Positions 63,380 through 64,000 of a stretch of 64,000 nt of DNA are shown one piece after another (within the stretch, counting starts at the first letter, position 1; the number at the start of each line of letters is the position of its first letter). The notes under the pieces were generated by a model, which saw only the letters and a list, made by a program, of their open reading frames with translations, was not told the origin of the DNA and did not search any database. This DNA is from an uncultured Clostridia bacterium (GTDB lineage: Bacteria; Bacillota; Clostridia; TANB77; CAG-508). A program made the position numbers and the translations under genes. The stretch is taken from positions 72,486 through 136,485 of the forward strand of contig CALXBY010000001.1 of NCBI GenBank assembly GCA_944386675.1, given 5' to 3'.

Positions 63380-64000
63380 TTATAATTTTTTTAATCTTAA
63401 ACTATTTAATGTAACTGTTACACTACTAATTGTCATACTAAATGCTGCAAACATTGGATTCATACTTATTCCAAAAGGAATTAATATTCCTGCTGCAATT
63501 GGTATCATACAAATATTATAAAAAAATGCCCAGAATAAATTTTGCTTTATAATACGCATTGTTTTTTTACTAATGTTTATTAAATCATTAATTCTATCTA
63601 AATCATCTTTCATTAAAACCACATCACTACTATCCATAGCAATATCTGTACCACTTCCAACAGAAACACCGATATCTGCTTTTACTAAGCTAATACTATC
63701 ATTTATGCCATCCCCGCACATCATAACCATTCCATTTTCTTTTAATTTGGTAATTTTTTCTGCTTTTTGTTTTGGTACCACGCTTGCAATCACATTTTCT
63801 ATTCCTATTTCATTTCCTATTGCTTTTGCTGTTTCTTCATTATCACCTGTTAACATGATTGTTTGTATGTTTTTATTTTTTAATTTTTTTATTACTTCTT
63901 TTGCATTTTCTTTAATAATATCTTTTACACCAATTAGAGCAATTAATTTCTTTTCTTTTACTATAAATAATATACTATTTCCATCTTTTTCTAATAATGT
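63380..64000 (-). CDS. Heavy-metal-translocating P-type ATPase, C-terminal part; the gene continues beyond the window
   Basis: The frame is open to base 64000. MLTGDNEETAKAIG, the hinge motif CGDGINDS and two C-terminal TM helices are present. Confidence 0.9.
   Translation of the reverse strand, partial: TLLEKDGNSILFIVKEKKLIALIGVKDIIKENAKEVIKKLKNKNIQTIMLTGDNEETAKAIGNEIGIENVIASVVPKQKAEKITKLKENGMVMMCGDGINDSISLVKADIGVSVGSGTDIAMDSSDVVLMKDDLDRINDLINISKKTMRIIKQNLFWAFFYNICMIPIAAGILIPFGISMNPMFAAFSMTISSVTVTLNSLRLKKL

Overview
This is a 64-kb chromosomal segment from a very AT-rich, spore-forming Firmicute that looks Clostridia-like. Supporting markers are yabP-yabQ-divIC, a trimeric HydABC [FeFe]-hydrogenase, secA-tdk-prfB and rho. 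I call about 60 protein genes and found no rRNA, tRNA, CRISPR array, transposase or prophage. Most of the window is housekeeping: ABC exporter, uvrB, murD, guaA, secA, tdk, prfB, aspartate kinase, rho, PBP1A, a XerC/D-type recombinase, nnrD, Sua5/TsaC, smpB, fba, HAD phosphatases, a VanY-like peptidase, GNATs and a P-type ATPase. The only clear accessory block is 36.2-44.1 kb, between rho and PBP1A. It starts with 1.2 kb of ORF-free, repeat-bearing AT-rich DNA. It then carries, on the minus strand, a HelD/UvrD-like ATPase with a ~380-residue spacing between its Walker motifs that contains a long coiled-coil-like segment, a 4-TM zinc-ribbon membrane protein tightly linked to a PD-(D/E)XK nuclease, and an AAA_14/DUF4143-type ATPase. 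This block is my best candidate for an undescribed defence-like module, but that is inference only. Other signals worth a second look: (1) four small orphan cassettes (17.3, 21.9, 26.7 and 43.8 kb) with G/C-ending codon usage foreign to the window, each with its own consensus promoter and hairpin; (2) three +1 frame breaks, one in tdk and two in a peroxiredoxin, each explained by one extra C directly 5' of GGA and each creating an otherwise nearly absent in-frame CGG; (3) several decayed genes (flavodoxin stub, beta-lactamase-like, alkaline-phosphatase-family); (4) a hairpin family with variable stems and a conserved GTCCGTCCCC loop, including a perfect 39-bp inverted repeat; (5) an in-frame uracil permease-Upp fusion; (6) a terminator/antiterminator leader of unknown class upstream of two GNAT genes; (7) a TSCSP variant of the hydA H-cluster motif. 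All calls come from reading the sequence and remembered family motifs. No database search was run.
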